This document shows, piece after piece, positions 36,629 through 49,040 of a stretch of DNA of 64,000 nucleotides (positions within the stretch are counted from its first letter, which is position 1; each line of letters begins with the position of its first letter). Under the pieces are notes generated by a model. It saw only the letters and a list, made by a program, of their open reading frames with translations, was not told the DNA's origin and searched no databases. Source of the DNA: Cetorhinus maximus (Eukaryota); NCBI RefSeq assembly GCF_964194155.1, contig NC_135901.1:20584001-20648000 (forward strand). The letters run 5' to 3'. The position numbers and the translations under genes were made by a program.

Positions 36629-38170
36629 TCACTTGGGAATTCCCTGGTGTCTCAGAAGATTGGATGACTGAGCAAATCTGTTCCCACATGTGGAGCAAGT
36701 GAATGACCTCTCTCTAGTGTGAAGCTGCTGGTGTCTCAGCAGGTGGGATGACTGAGTGAATCTCTTCCCACATGTGGAGCAGGTGAATGACCTCTCTCCT
36801 GTGTGAGTTTGCTGGTGTCTCAGCAGGTCCTTTGTGTTCTTAAAGCTCTTCTCACAGTCAGGACATTTAAAAGGTCTGTGATCAGTGTGAACAAGTTGAT
36901 GTACAGTGAGCTGGGATGGCTGAGTGAACCCCATTCCCACACGTGGAGCAAGTGAACGGTCTCTCCCTAGTGTGAATTCGCTCATGTATCAGAAGGTGGG
37001 GTGAATTAGTGAACCCCTTCCCACACACAGAGCAAATGAATGGCCTCTCGCCGGTGTGAACTCGCTGGTGTCTCAGATGCTGGGATGAATGGGTGAATCC
37101 TATCCCACTCACAGAGCAGGTGCATGGCCTCTCCCCTGTGTGAATTCGCTGGTGTGTCGCGAGATCCTGTTTGCTTTTAAAGCTCTTCTCACAGTCAGAA
37201 TATTGAAATGGTCTCTTGTCAGAGTGAACGCGTTGGTGTGTCAGCAGGTGGGATAAAAGTCTGAATCTCTTCTCACACAGGGGGCAGATGAATGGTTTCT
37301 CCTCAGTGTGAGTGCGTTGATGGGCTTGTAAATCATTTTCACTTTTAAAACACTTCCAACAGTGAGAACATTGAAAAGGTCGCTGATCAGAGTGAACAAG
37401 TTGGTGTCTCAGAAGGTGGGATGATTGAGTGAATCCCTTTCCATACACGGAGCAGAGGAAAGGCCTCACCCCCATATGAGTGCGTTGGTGTCTCTGCAGG
37501 TCCTTTGTGCTTTTAAAGCTTTTCTCACAGGGAGAACATTGAAAAGGTCTCTGATCAGAGTGAATCTGCTGGTGAATCAGGAGGTTTGATAAAGCATTAC
37601 ATCCATTCCCACATTCGAGGCAGGTCAATGGCCTCTCGCCAGTATGAACACGGTGTGTATAGAGACTGGATGAGAGAGCAAATCCCTTCTCATGCTCAGA
37701 GCAGGTGAATGGCCTCTCTCCGGTGTGACTGTGTTGATGAATATCCAGTTCAGATTGGTAACTGAATCCCTTCCCACAGTCCCCAAATTTCCACAGTTTC
37801 CCTGTGGTGTGGCTATCCTCATGTGTCTCCAGGTTGGATGATCAGTTGAAGCCCTCTTTGCAAAGAATACGTGTATGGTTTCTACTCACTGTCAATGGTG
37901 TGAAGATTTTTAGGCTGTGTAACTGGTTATAGCTCTTTCTGCAGTCAATACACTGGAACACACACACTCTGGTTGGTGTGTCTCACTGCTTTTCCAGTCA
38001 CACAGATGTTTGAAATCTTTTCCCACAGAAAGAATAGACAAACATTTCTCCTTCCACATTCAAAGGCTGATGAAATTCAGGTCCTTATGAATGGTGTGAC
38101 TTTTAAATCTTGGATGTGAAGATTGATTTGAGTTTCCTGTCTGTAAATATTCCACTTCTGATACTGTGTA
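36629..38170 (-). pseudogene. ZNF-5: C2H2 finger-array exon, start lost and at least two frameshifts
   Basis: Fingers continue across ORFs 36882-37628 and 36629-36985. The leader has ACCACAGGG in place of ACCATGGAG. Confidence 0.88.
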
Positions 38171-38444
38171 AAATGTGAATACAAAAGTCATCACTGTCAG
38201 TGCAGGTTAGAAATTCAGAACGTGCAATTCTAGTTTTAATGGAACATTTATTCCTCTCTTGTTCCCCCCAAAGCTGTAAATCCCCGTCCCACACACTCTC
38301 CCTCCTCCCTGGGCTGAAATCCAAACCCATCTCACCATCTCTTTCCTCCACTCCCAGTTTTCTCCCTCCCTCTCCTCTGCCTGGGTTCAGTTCTCCAGCT
38401 CCTGTCTGCAGACTGACAATAAAATCAATGAGTCTTGTTGGGGT

Positions 38445-40346
38445 AAAAACAAAAAACTACTGCGGATGCTGGAAATCCAAAACAAAAACAGAATTACCTG
38501 GAAAAACTCAGCAGGTCTGGCAGCATCGGCGGAGAAGAAAAGAGTTGACGTTTCGAGTCCTCATGACCCTTTAACAGAACTAAGTAAAAATAGGAGAGGG
38601 GTGAAATATAAGCTGGTTGAAGGTGGGTGTGGAGAGAAGTTGGTGGGGGGGGGTGGTGGTTGTAGGGACAAGCAAGCAGTGATAGGAGCAGATAATCAAA
38701 AGATGTCACAGATAAAGGAACAAAGAGGTGTTGAAGGTGGTGATGTTATCTAAGAGAATGTGCTAATTAAGAATGGATGGCAGGGCACTCAAGGTGCAGC
38801 TCTAGTGGGGGTGGGGTGGAAAGACTGACAGAGCATTACAGGTATAGATTTAAAAATAATGGAAATAGGTGGGAAAAGAAAAATCTATATAAATTATTGG
38901 AAAAAACAAAAGGGAGGGGGAAGAAAAGGAAAGGGGGTGGGGATGGACGAGGGAGTTCAAGATCTAAAGTTGTTGAATTCAATATTCAGTCCAGAAGGTT
39001 GTAAAGTGCCTAGTCGGAAGATGAGGTGCTGTTCCTCCAGTTTGCGTTGGGCTTCACTGGAACAATGCAGCAAGCCAAGGACAGACATGTTGGCAAGAGA
39101 GCAGGGTGGAGTGTTAAAATGGCAAGCGACAGGGAGGTTTGGGTCTTTCTTGCGGACAGACCGCAGGTGTTCTGCAAAGCGGTCACCCAGTTTACGTTTG
39201 GTCTCTCCAATGTAGAGGAGACCGCATTGGGAGCAATGAATGCAGTAGACTAAGTTAGGGGAAATGCAAGTGAAATGTTGCTTCACTTGAAAGGAGTGTT
39301 TGGGCCCTTGGACGGTGAGGAGAGAGGAAGTGAAGGGGCAGGTGTTGCATCTTCTGCGTGGGCATGGGGAGGTACCATAGGTGAGAGTTGAGGAGTAGGG
39401 GGTGATGGAGGAGTGGACCAGGGTTGCCCAGAGGGAACGATCCCTATGGAATGCCACCAGGGGGGGTGAAGGGAAGATGTGTTTGGTGGTGGCATCATGC
39501 TGGAGTTGGCGGAAATGGCGGAGGATGATCCTTTGAATGCGGAGGCTGGTGGGGTGATAAGTGAGGACAAGGGGGACCCTAGCATGTTTCTGGGAGGGAG
39601 GAGAAGGCATGAGGGCGGATGTGCGGGAGATGGGCCGGACACCTTTGAGGGCCCTGTCAACGACCGTCGGTGGAAAACCTCGGTTAAGGAAGGAGGATGA
39701 CATGTCAGAGGAACTGTTTTTGAAGGTAGCATCAACAGAACAGATGCGACGGAGGCGAAGGAACTGAGAGAATGGGATGGAGTCCTTACAGGAAGCGGGG
39801 TGTGAGGAGCTGTAGTCGTGGTAGCTGTGGGAGTCGGTAGGCTTGTAATGGATATTGGTGGACAGTCTATCACCAGAAATTGAGACAGAGCGGTCAAGGA
39901 AGGGAAGGGAAGTTTCAGAGATGGACCATGTGAAAATGATGGAGGGGTGGAGATTGGAAGCAAAATTAATAAATTTTTCCAGGTCCCTACGAGAGCATGA
40001 AGCAGCACCGAAGTAATCGTCGATGTACCGGAGAAAGAGTTGTGGGAGGGGGCCGGAGTAGGACTGGTACAAGGAATGTTCCACATACCCCATAAAGAGA
40101 CAGGCATAGCTGGGGCCCATGCGGGTACCCATAGCCACACCTTTTATTTGGAGGAAGTGAGAGGATTTTAAAGAGAAATTGTTCAGTGTGAGAACAAGTT
40201 CAGCCACACGAAGGAGAGTAGTGGTGGATGGGGATTGTTCGGGCCTCTGTTCAAGGAAGAAGCTAAGGGCCCTCAGACCATCTTGGTGGGGGATGGAGAT
40301 GTAGAGGGATTGGACATCCATGGTGAAGAGGAAGCGGTTGGGGCCA
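38445..40346 (-). mobile_element. Penelope-like element (Neptune type), left arm of palindrome; RT plus GIY-YIG frame open to the stop at 38957
   Basis: MDVQSLY, GVAMGTRMGPSYA, RYIDD, CPRRRCNTC, LVYCIHCSQCGLLYIGET..R..EH, HFN, GLN. Confidence 0.95.
38543..38581 (-). ncRNA. Minimal hammerhead motif, family A (left arm), G8 mutated
   Basis: AGUU-CUGUUAA-A-GGGUC(AUGAG)GACUC-GAAA-CGUC-AACU. Confidence 0.62.
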
Positions 40347-42257
40347 ATTTCCAGTTCCCTGGCCCCAACCGCTTCCTCTTCACCATGGATGTCCAATCCC
40401 TCTACATCTCCATCCCCCACCAAGATGGTCTGAGGGCCCTTAGCTTCTTCCTTGAACAGAGGCCCGAACAATCCCCATCCACCACTACTCTCCTTCGTGT
40501 GGCTGAACTTGTTCTCACACTGAACAATTTCTCCTTAAACTCCTCTCACTTCCTCCAAATAAAAGGTGTGGCTATGGGTACACGCATGGGCCCCAGCTAT
40601 GCCTGTCTCTTTATGGGGTATGTGGAACATTCCTTGTTCCAGTCCTACTCCGGCCCCCTCCCACAACTCTTTCTCCGGTACATCGATGATTACTTTGGTG
40701 CTGCTTCATGCTCTCGTCGGGACCTGGAAAAATTTGTTAATTTTGCTTCCAATCTCCATCATTTTCACATGGTCCATCTCTGACACTTCCCTTCCCTTCC
40801 TTGACCTCTCTGTCTCAATTTCTGATGATAGACTGTCCACCAATATCCATTACAAGCCTACCGACTCCCACAGCTACCTCGACTACAGCTCCTCACACCC
40901 CGCTTCCTGTAAGGACTCCATCCCATTCTCTCAGTTCCTTCGCCTCCGTCACATCTGTTCTGATGATGCTACCTTCAAAAACAGTTCCTCTGACTTGTCC
41001 TCCTTCTTCCTTAACCGAGATTTTCCACCCACGGCCGTTGACAGGGCCCTCAACCGTGTCCGGCCCATCTCCTGCGCATCTGCCCATACGCCTTCTCCTC
41101 CCTCCCGGAAACATGATAGGGTCACCCTTGTCCTCACTTATCACCCCACCAGCCTCCGCATTCAAAGGATCATCCTCCGCCATTTCCGCCAACTCCAGCA
41201 TGATGCCACCACCAAACACATCTTCCCTTCACCCCCCTGGCGTCATTCCGTAGGGATCGTTCCCTCCGGGACACCTTGGTCCACTCTCCATCACCCCCTA
41301 CTCCTCAACCCCCACCTATGGCACCTCCCCATGCCCACGCAGAAGATACAACACCTGCCCCTTCACTTCCTCTCTCCTCACCGTCCAAGGGCCAAACACT
41401 CCTTTAAAGTGAAGCAACATTTCACTTGCATTTCCACTAACTTAGTCTACTGCATTCATTGCTCCCAATGCGGTCTCCTCTACATTGGAGAGACCAAAGG
41501 TAAACCGGGCGACCACTTTGCAGAACACCTGCGGTCTGTCCGCAAGAAAGACCCAAACCTCCTGTCGCTTGCCATTTTAACACTCCACCCTGCTCTCTTG
41601 CCAACATGTCTGTCCTTGGCTTGCTGCATTGTTCCAGTGAAGCCCAACGCAAACTGGAGGAACAGCACCTCATCTCCCGACTAGGCACTTTACAGCCTTC
41701 CGGACTGAATACTGAATTCAACAACTTTAGATCTTGAACTCCCTCGTCCATCCCCACCCCCTTTCCGTTTCTCCCCCCTCCCTTTTGTTTTTTCCAATAA
41801 TTTACATAGATTTTTCTTTTCCCACCTATTTCCATTATTTTTAAATCTATACCTGTAATGCTCTGTCAGTCTTTCCACCCCACCCCCACTAGAGCTGCAC
41901 CTTGAGTGTCCTGCCATCCATTTTTAATTAGCACATTCTCTTAGATAATATCACCACCTTCAACAGCTCTTTGTTCCTTTATCTGTGACATCTTTTGATT
42001 ATCTGCTCCTATCACTGCTTGCTTGTCCCTAAAACCACCCCCCCTCCCAACTTCTCTCCCCCAACCCCCCCCCCCTCCCCACCTTAAACCAGCTTATATT
42101 TCACTCCTCCTATTTTTACTTAGTTCTGTTGAAGGGTCATGAGGACTCGAAACGTCAACTCTTTTCTTCTCCGCCGATGCTGCCAGACCTGCTGAGTTTT
42201 TCCAGGTATTTCTGTTTTTGTTTTGGATTTCCAGCATCCGCGGTTTTTTGTTTTTGT
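40346..42257 (+). mobile_element. Penelope-like element, right arm of palindrome (frameshifted)
   Basis: Reverse complement of the left arm with several small deletions. Confidence 0.95.
42122..42160 (+). ncRNA. Minimal hammerhead motif, family A (right arm)
   Basis: AGUU-CUGUUGA-A-GGGUC(AUGAG)GACUC-GAAA-CGUC-AACU; palindromic ACGU stem III; predicted cleavage after GUC (C42156). Confidence 0.75.
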
Positions 42258-42419
42258 TCTTATTGGGGGTTTGGGGCCTCCAGCGGGTGTTTCTGAATCC
42301 TCCCCGCCCACCTCCCAGGGTTTGCTTCCTTCCCACTGATCAGATTCCTCATTGGTTTGAGCCCAAAGTGTAACCTCTTATTTATTGTCCCCCCTCCCCC
42401 ATCCTCTGATGTGAACCAT

Positions 42420-42965
42420 CCTCCACTCGCTGACCCAGGATGGCGGCCGTTAACCTGGGCCTGTTCCCGGGAGGGAGAAGCCCCGCAGCTGCAAACCAGG
42501 AGCTGACAATTATTCCTCAGGGTTTGCGGATCCACAAAGTGTTTCCAAATTCTCCCCGTCCTGCCGCCGGCTCCATCGCTCCCTCCCCCCGGGCCTGTCA
42601 CCGCGGGGTAAACACGGGGCCTGGGGCCTACCCCAGAAGTTGATCCAGTTCCTAGTCCAGCCTCGGTTTCCATTCCTACCCTGTGCTCACTATCTCCTCC
42701 CGCCTCCCGAACCGTCCGCTCCTCCTCACTGTCACCATGACTGACACTGAGCATGCTCAGAGCGCACACCCACACTGCACCTGCGCACTGGGAACGGGAT
42801 CACCGGCCTCTGCCATCTTGGGAGAGGAAAGCGGGTCTTGCTCAGGGTGCCGGGCGCATGGGTGGCCATCTTGGTGGGGGAAGAGAGGAGTGAGGACGGG
42901 GCTACCTCCCCGGTGACAGGTCCAGGTTACCCGGGCAACCGGCCGCCGCCATCTTGCACTGACGT
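42420..42965. promoter_or_regulatory. CpG island between divergent ZNF-5 and ZNF-6; candidate bidirectional promoter
   Basis: YY1-type motifs face outwards on both sides (GATGGCGGCC at about 42439; GCCATCTTG at about 42812, 42865, 42948) around ctgagcatgctcag. Confidence 0.72.
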
Positions 42966-43101
42966 TTTTCCATCCGGGTCTTTAGTGAAGGAATGGACAA
43001 TGAGCTGGAGTCAGTTTGAAAGCTGTTCAGAGGAAGGTCTGAAATCAGATTTACATCCAGATACCTGTAAGGACAATAAAGTTTACATCAATTATGTGTT
43101 T

Positions 43102-43263
43102 AAAATGAAATCAGAATGCTGGAAATACTCAGTTCTGAAGAACAATCATATTGGATTGGAAATGTTAAATCTGTTTCTCTCTCTTCACAGAAGCTGCCGA
43201 ACCTGCTGAGGATTTCCAGAACTTTCTGTTTTTATTTCAGATTTCCAGCATTCACAGTATTTT
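43102..43263 (+). mobile_element. Short PLE-tail element with hammerhead motif (43131-43170) and a short inverted tail at its 5' end
   Basis: cagaatgctggaaatactcag (inverted tail) is fused to agtt-ctgaaga-a-caatc-atattg-gattg-gaaa-tgtt-aaat. Confidence 0.78.
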
Positions 43264-43559
43264 ACTAAAATGATGTTTCTTTGCAATTTTGTTGCATAAC
43301 TAGTTAAGAGTAAAATAATTGTTACAATTTAAATATACAAATCAGTGATATTTATTTGTGTAACTGAGACTCGGCTGTTAAGGAACAATGTTAGAAATCA
43401 CTTCACAGAAAATATGGCGGAAATCTGAAATTCTGTTGAGGTTTCATCAGTTAACAATTTAAAAACTGAGATTGCTGGACATTTATGAGGCAAGAGTAGT
43501 GAGGGTTATGGAATCAAGGCATGTGGATGGATTTAATGTAGAAATCAGGCATCTACCTG

Positions 43560-46500
43560 ATGCCTGAAGGAGGGATGAGGCCTTGCATCAAGAATTCAAG
43601 GAGTTGGGCAGTAGACTAAAAAGCAGTACCTCTCTGGGTGTAATCTCTGGATTACTCCCAGTGCCACGTGCTAACGAGCACAGAAATAGGAGAATCGCGC
43701 AGTTGAATACGTGGCTTAAGAGTTGATGCAGGAGGGAGGGTTTTAGATTCCTGGATCACTGGGACCGTTTCTGGGGTAGATGGGACCTGTACAAGCAGGA
43801 CGGTCTACATCTGAACCAGAGCGGGATTAACATCCTTGCGGGCGGGTTTGCTAGTGCTGTTGGGAGGAGTTTAAACTAATTCAGCAGGGGGGAGGGGACA
43901 CAGAATGTTAGCAGAATAGGGACACATCATAATACAGTAAAACAATCAAGACAGAGGGAGTACAGCTGCATTAAGTTTCAAGGGAGTAAGGCAAGGCTGG
44001 ATGGACTTTACTTTAATGCCAGCAGTATTACAGGTAAAACGGATGAGTTAAGGGTGAGGATTGACACGTGGAATTGTGATATAGTAGCCATCACTGAGAC
44101 GTGGTTGAGAGAGGAGCAGGATTGGCAGCTCAACATTCCGGGATACAGAATCTTCAGGTGAGACAGGAGAGGGGGTAAAAGAGGAGAAGGCATTGCATTA
44201 TTAGTTAAGGAGTCAGTTACTGCAGTAAGGAGAGATGATATCTTGGAGGGGGCATCGAATGAAGCTTTGTGGGTAGACCTTAGGAATGAAAAAAGGGCAG
44301 CCACATTGTTAGATGTTTATTATAGACCCCCAGATAGTCAGTGGGAAATTGAGGAGCAAATATGAGCACAATTTGCAGAGGTGTGTTAAAAACAATAACA
44401 ATAGGGTAATTACATTAGGTGATTTCAACTTTCGCAACATTAATTGGGATAGACATAGTGGCTATCTTGGATGGAGTGGATTTCTTGAAATGTATAAAGG
44501 AGAACTTTTTAGGTCAATATGTAGGGAGTCCAACAAGGGACGGTGCAGTGCTGGACCTAATTCTGGGGAATGAAGCCAGACAGGTGGCTGAGGTGGTGGT
44601 GGTGGAGCGTTTTAGTGACAGCGACCACAACATGGTACGAAGGGATCGAAATAGGCTGAAAGGTGGAGATAAAACAATAGATGGAAATAAATTTTAAAAT
44701 AATGGAAATAGGTGGGGAAAGAAGAATATATTTTAAAAATTATAAATTATTGGAAAAAGGGGGATCAGAAAGGGGGGTGGGGATGTAGGTGAGAGTTCAC
44801 GATCTGAAGTTGTTGAACTCAATGTTAAGTCCGGAAGGCTGTAAAGTGCCTAGTCGGAAGATGAAGTGCTGTTCCTCCAGTTTGTGTTGAGCTTCACTGG
44901 AACATTGCAGCAGGCCAAGGACGGACATGTGGGCATGAGAGCAGGGTGGTGTGTTGAAATGGCAAGCGACAGGGAAGTCTGGGTCATGCTTATGGACAGA
45001 CCGAAGGTGTTCCGCAAAGCGGTCACCCAGTCTGCATTTGGGGTCTCATATGTAGAGAAGACCACATTGGGAGCAGCAAGTGAAGTGTTGCTTCACTTGA
45101 AAGGAATATTTGGGGCATAAGAACAGATGCAATGCTACAATTTAAGCTTGTTATGGACAAAGAAATAGTCAAGTTGCAAAAAAAATGTTTTGGATTGGGG
45201 GAGAGCGGATTTTAGTAAAATAAGGCAGGATCTGGCCAAGGTAGACTGGGAACAGCTACTTGTGGGGAAATCTACAGAGGAGCAGTGGGAAGCGTTCAAA
45301 AAGGAAATGGGGAGGGTACAGGCTCAACATATTCCCTCGAGTGTGATAGGAAGGAGTAACAAGCCCAGAAAACCATGGATGACCAGAGATATACAGGGTA
45401 CGATGAGAAGGAAAAGAGAGGCTTTTAGCAGGTACAAGGGGAGCAAATTAGCGGAGGCATTAGTGGAGCACAGAAAGTGCAGGGTGGAGCTTAAGAAAGC
45501 AATTAGGAGAGCAAAGAGGGGCTATGAGAAAGCTCTGGCTGGTAAAAGTAGGGAAAATCCCAAGATATTCCATAAGTAGATCAATGGAAAGAGTAGGGCC
45601 CATTAGGGACCAAGGGGGCAATCTATAGGTGGAGCCAGAGGATATCGGTAGAGTATTGAATGAATACTTCACATCCGTCTTCACCCAAGAGAATGAGGAT
45701 GAAAGTATGGAATTCGTGGAGAGAGACTGCGAGGTTCTTGAGAAAATTGATATAGGGAATGACAAGGTATTGATTTGTGTCCCAGCAGGAGATCGCAGGG
45801 AATCTGACCCAAATTTTTAATTGCTTTCTGATCGGGGGTCGGTAGGGGGCGGTGGGGGTGTGGTGGTGGGGGGGGCGGGATTGGTAGGGAGTGGGTGGAG
45901 AACATCGAATGTGTTTCCACTATTTTAGAAGGGTTGTTGAGATAAACCAGGGAACTGCAGGCCAGTAAGTCTCACGTCAGTGGCAGGGAAACTATTGGAG
46001 ACAATTCTGAAGGAGAGAATCTATCTGCACTTGGAGAGGCAAGGTTTGATCAGGGATAGTCAGCATAGCTTTGTCAGAGGGAGGTCATGCCTAACAAATT
46101 TGATTGAATTTTTTAAGAGGTGACCAGGTGTGTAGATGTGTAGGGTAGTGCAGGTGATGTAGTTTATATGGATTTCAGCAAAGCCTTTGACAAGGTCCCA
46201 CATTGGACACTTATAAAGAAGGCAAATGCACATGGGATACAGGGTAATTTGATAAGGTGGATTCAAAATTGGCTTAGTTGTAGGAGATAGATTGTGATGA
46301 CAGAAGGCTGCTTTAGTGACTGGAAGCCAATGTCCAGTGGCTTACCACAGGGATCTGTGCTGGGTCACCTATTATTCATAATTTATATAAACAACATAGA
46401 TGACTATGTCAGGGCTAGGATTAGTAAGTTTGCAGATGACACAAAGATTGGCCGAGTGGTTAACAGTGAGGTTGAGTGTCTTGAGCGATAGGAAGATATA

Positions 46501-47343
46501 GATGGAATGGTCAAATGGGCAGATAAGTGGCAGGTAGAATTTAACCCTGAAAAGCGTGAGGTGATATGCTTTGGAAGGACTAATTTGACAAGGAAGTATT
46601 CAATGAACGGCATGACAGGAAGTTCTGAGGAACAAAGGCACCTTGGCGTGTGTGTCCATAGATCTCTGAAGGTGGAGGGGTATGTTAGTGGGGTGGTGAA
46701 AAAGGCATATGGGACACTTGCCTTTATCAGTTGAGGCATAGATTACAAAAGTAGGGAGGTCATGTTGGAGTTATATAGAACCTTGGTGAGGCCACAGCTG
46801 GAGCACTGTGTGCAGTTCTGGTCGCCATATTATAGGAAGGATGTGATTGCAGTGGAGGGGGTGCAGAGGAGATTCACCAGGATGTTGCCTGGGATGAAAC
46901 ATTTAAGTTATGAAGAGAGGTTGGATAGACTTGGGTTGTTTTCGTTGGAGCAGAGAAGACTGAGAGGCGACCTGATCGAGGTGTACAAGATTATGAGGGA
47001 CATGGACAGGGTGAATAGGGAGCAGTTGTTCCCCTTAGTTGAAGGGTCAGTCACAAGGGGACATAAGTTCAAGGTGAGGGGCAGGAGGTTTGGGGGGGAT
47101 GTGAGGAAAACTTTTTTACCCAGAGGGTGGTGACGGTCTGGAATGCACTGCCTGGGAGGGTGGTGGAGGCGGGTTGTCTCACATCCTTTAAAAAGTACCT
47201 GGGTGAGCACTTGGCACGTCATAACATTCAAGGCTATGGGCCAAGTGCTGGTAAATGGGATTAGGTGGGTAGATCAGGTGTTTCTCACATGTCAGTGCAG
47301 ACTCGATTGGCCGAAAGGCCTCTTCTGCACTCTGTGATTCTGT
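43560..47343 (+). mobile_element. CR1 LINE (end of ORF1 esterase, APE, RT, tail), decayed
   Basis: VISGLLPVP..WCRREGFRFLDHW..DGLHLN; VAITETWL, GDFNF, LDLIL, SDHN; GLPQGSVLG, KFADDTK; tail ctctgtgattctgtga. Confidence 0.92.
44640..45130 (-). mobile_element. PLE GIY-YIG fragment nested in the CR1
   Basis: Homologous to 38850-39305; atggtac/atgctac flanks. Confidence 0.85.
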
Positions 47344-47344
47344 G

Positions 47345-48170
47345 AAAATGAAGAACAGACTGTCTGAGGACCAGGATGTCAAACCTGAGACTCAGGTCCT
47401 GGTTTACTGGGCAGCAGTGATCCCTGTGCTCCTAAAGGCTTCAGAGACTTGGACAATCTACATTACGCACCTCAGAACACTGGAGAAGTCCCACCAGCGA
47501 TGCCTTCACAAGATCCTCCAAATACAGTGGCAAGAAAGGCAGTCCAACAGCAATGTCCTCTCCCAAGCCACCTCGCCCGGCATTGAGGGGCCGATCACTC
47601 AAAACCAGCTCTGCTGGGTGGGACATTTGTTGGTATTCTGGACACCAGACTCCCAAAGCAACTGTTCTACTTGGGACTCATTCACAGCAGGAGTCTCCCA
47701 GGAGGACAGTGGATAAGCTTTAGAGAACGATGTGATTGCACTGGAAAGAATGCAGAGGAGATTCACTGGGACATTGCCTGGGCTGGAGCGTTTCATCTAT
47801 GAAGAGAGACTAGACAGGTGGGGATTATTTTCCTTGGGGCAGAGAAGGCTGAGGGGGGACCTGATTGAGGTGTACAAAGTTATGAGGGGCATGGATAGGA
47901 AGAAACTTTTCTCCTTCGTGGAGGGGTCAGTAACCAGGGCGCATGGATTTAAGGTGAGGGGTAGGTTTAGTGGGGATGTGAGGAAAATATTTTCACCCAG
48001 AGGGTGGGGGTTATCTGTAACTCACTGCCTGAAAGGATGGTATAGGCAGGAACCCTCACAACATTTAAGTATCGAGATGAACACTTGAAATGCCATAGCA
48101 TACAAGGCTATGGGCCAAGTGCTGGAAAATGGGATGAGAATAGATGGGGACTTGATGACCGGCACAGAAG
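47345..48170 (+). mobile_element. RTE fragment (47345-47710) joined to a CR1 3' fragment (47712-48170)
   Basis: VYWAAVIPVLLKASETWT..HQRCLHKIL.I.WQ; then ALERMQRRFT..RRLRGDLIEVYK. Confidence 0.82.
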
Positions 48171-49040
48171 ATCAAGCATTGAACTTATCAGCCATCACAG
48201 AACCCAACAAATCAGAGTGGAAGCAAGTCATCCTCGATCCTGAGGGACTGCCTAAGATATAGGCAGTTTGGGCAGATCAGGGAGGTGGGTCTCCCTTCCT
48301 GGTGACAGGCCCTTGTTACTCCAGCTGCTGGTTCCCATTTGAGTGAGGAAGACAGGGCTTGTTCAACCAGCAGGGTGCAAGTGCAGCCATCTTGGTGAGA
48401 GCCAATCTAGTAGGCAGGACTTCGGGGTCCCAGTGACCAGGAAAGAAAATTATTGACTCATTGATTTTACTCTCAGTCTGCAAACAGGGAGTAGCAAACT
48501 GAACCCAGACAGATTAAAGAGAGAGAGAGAGAAAACTGGGAATGGAGGTAAGAAACTTAACTGGATTCTGTGCAGGCAAGAGGGAGAGTGTGTGGGATGG
48601 GGAGCAAAAGTGAAAAATGTTCCACAGAAACTAGAACTGTCAGTTCTGAATTTCTATCCTGGACTTAAAGTGATGACATTTGTAAACTCCTTTCACAGGG
48701 CATTAGAAAGGGAGGATTTACAGACAGGAAACTCAAACCAAACATCACATCAAGATCTGACAGAACCACTCAATGCATCTGGACCTGAATATCATTGGCA
48801 TTTAAATGTGAAGGAGAAATATTTGTCTCTTCTGTCTGTGGGAAAAGATTTCAAACATCAGTGTGACAGGAAAAACACTGAGACACACACACCCGAGTGA
48901 GTGTGTTCCAATGCACAACTGTGGAAAGAGCTTTAACCAGTTAGCCTGAAAAAGCATCGCATTGTTCACAGTGGGAGAAACTGTACATGTGTTGTGTGTA
49001 TGGATGAGGCTTCAACTAATTATCCAACCTGGAGAGAGAC

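Noticed and set aside
40235-40471. Novel N-terminus (MFGPLFKEEAKG..) on both PLE ORFs
   Set aside because: It is the antisense of the opposite palindrome arm; the true PLE 5' half is missing.
42260-42916. ORFs in CpG islands as N-terminal effector exons (also 30128-30460, 6091-6402, 60263-60661)
   Set aside because: GC-rich stop-poor frames with no KRAB, SCAN or BTB signature; cannot be supported without transcripts.
29800-42960. Assembly duplication of the ZNF-4/ZNF-5 promoter or of the PLE arms
   Set aside because: Copies differ by scattered substitutions and indels, and the PLE shows a TSD with a paralogous empty site.
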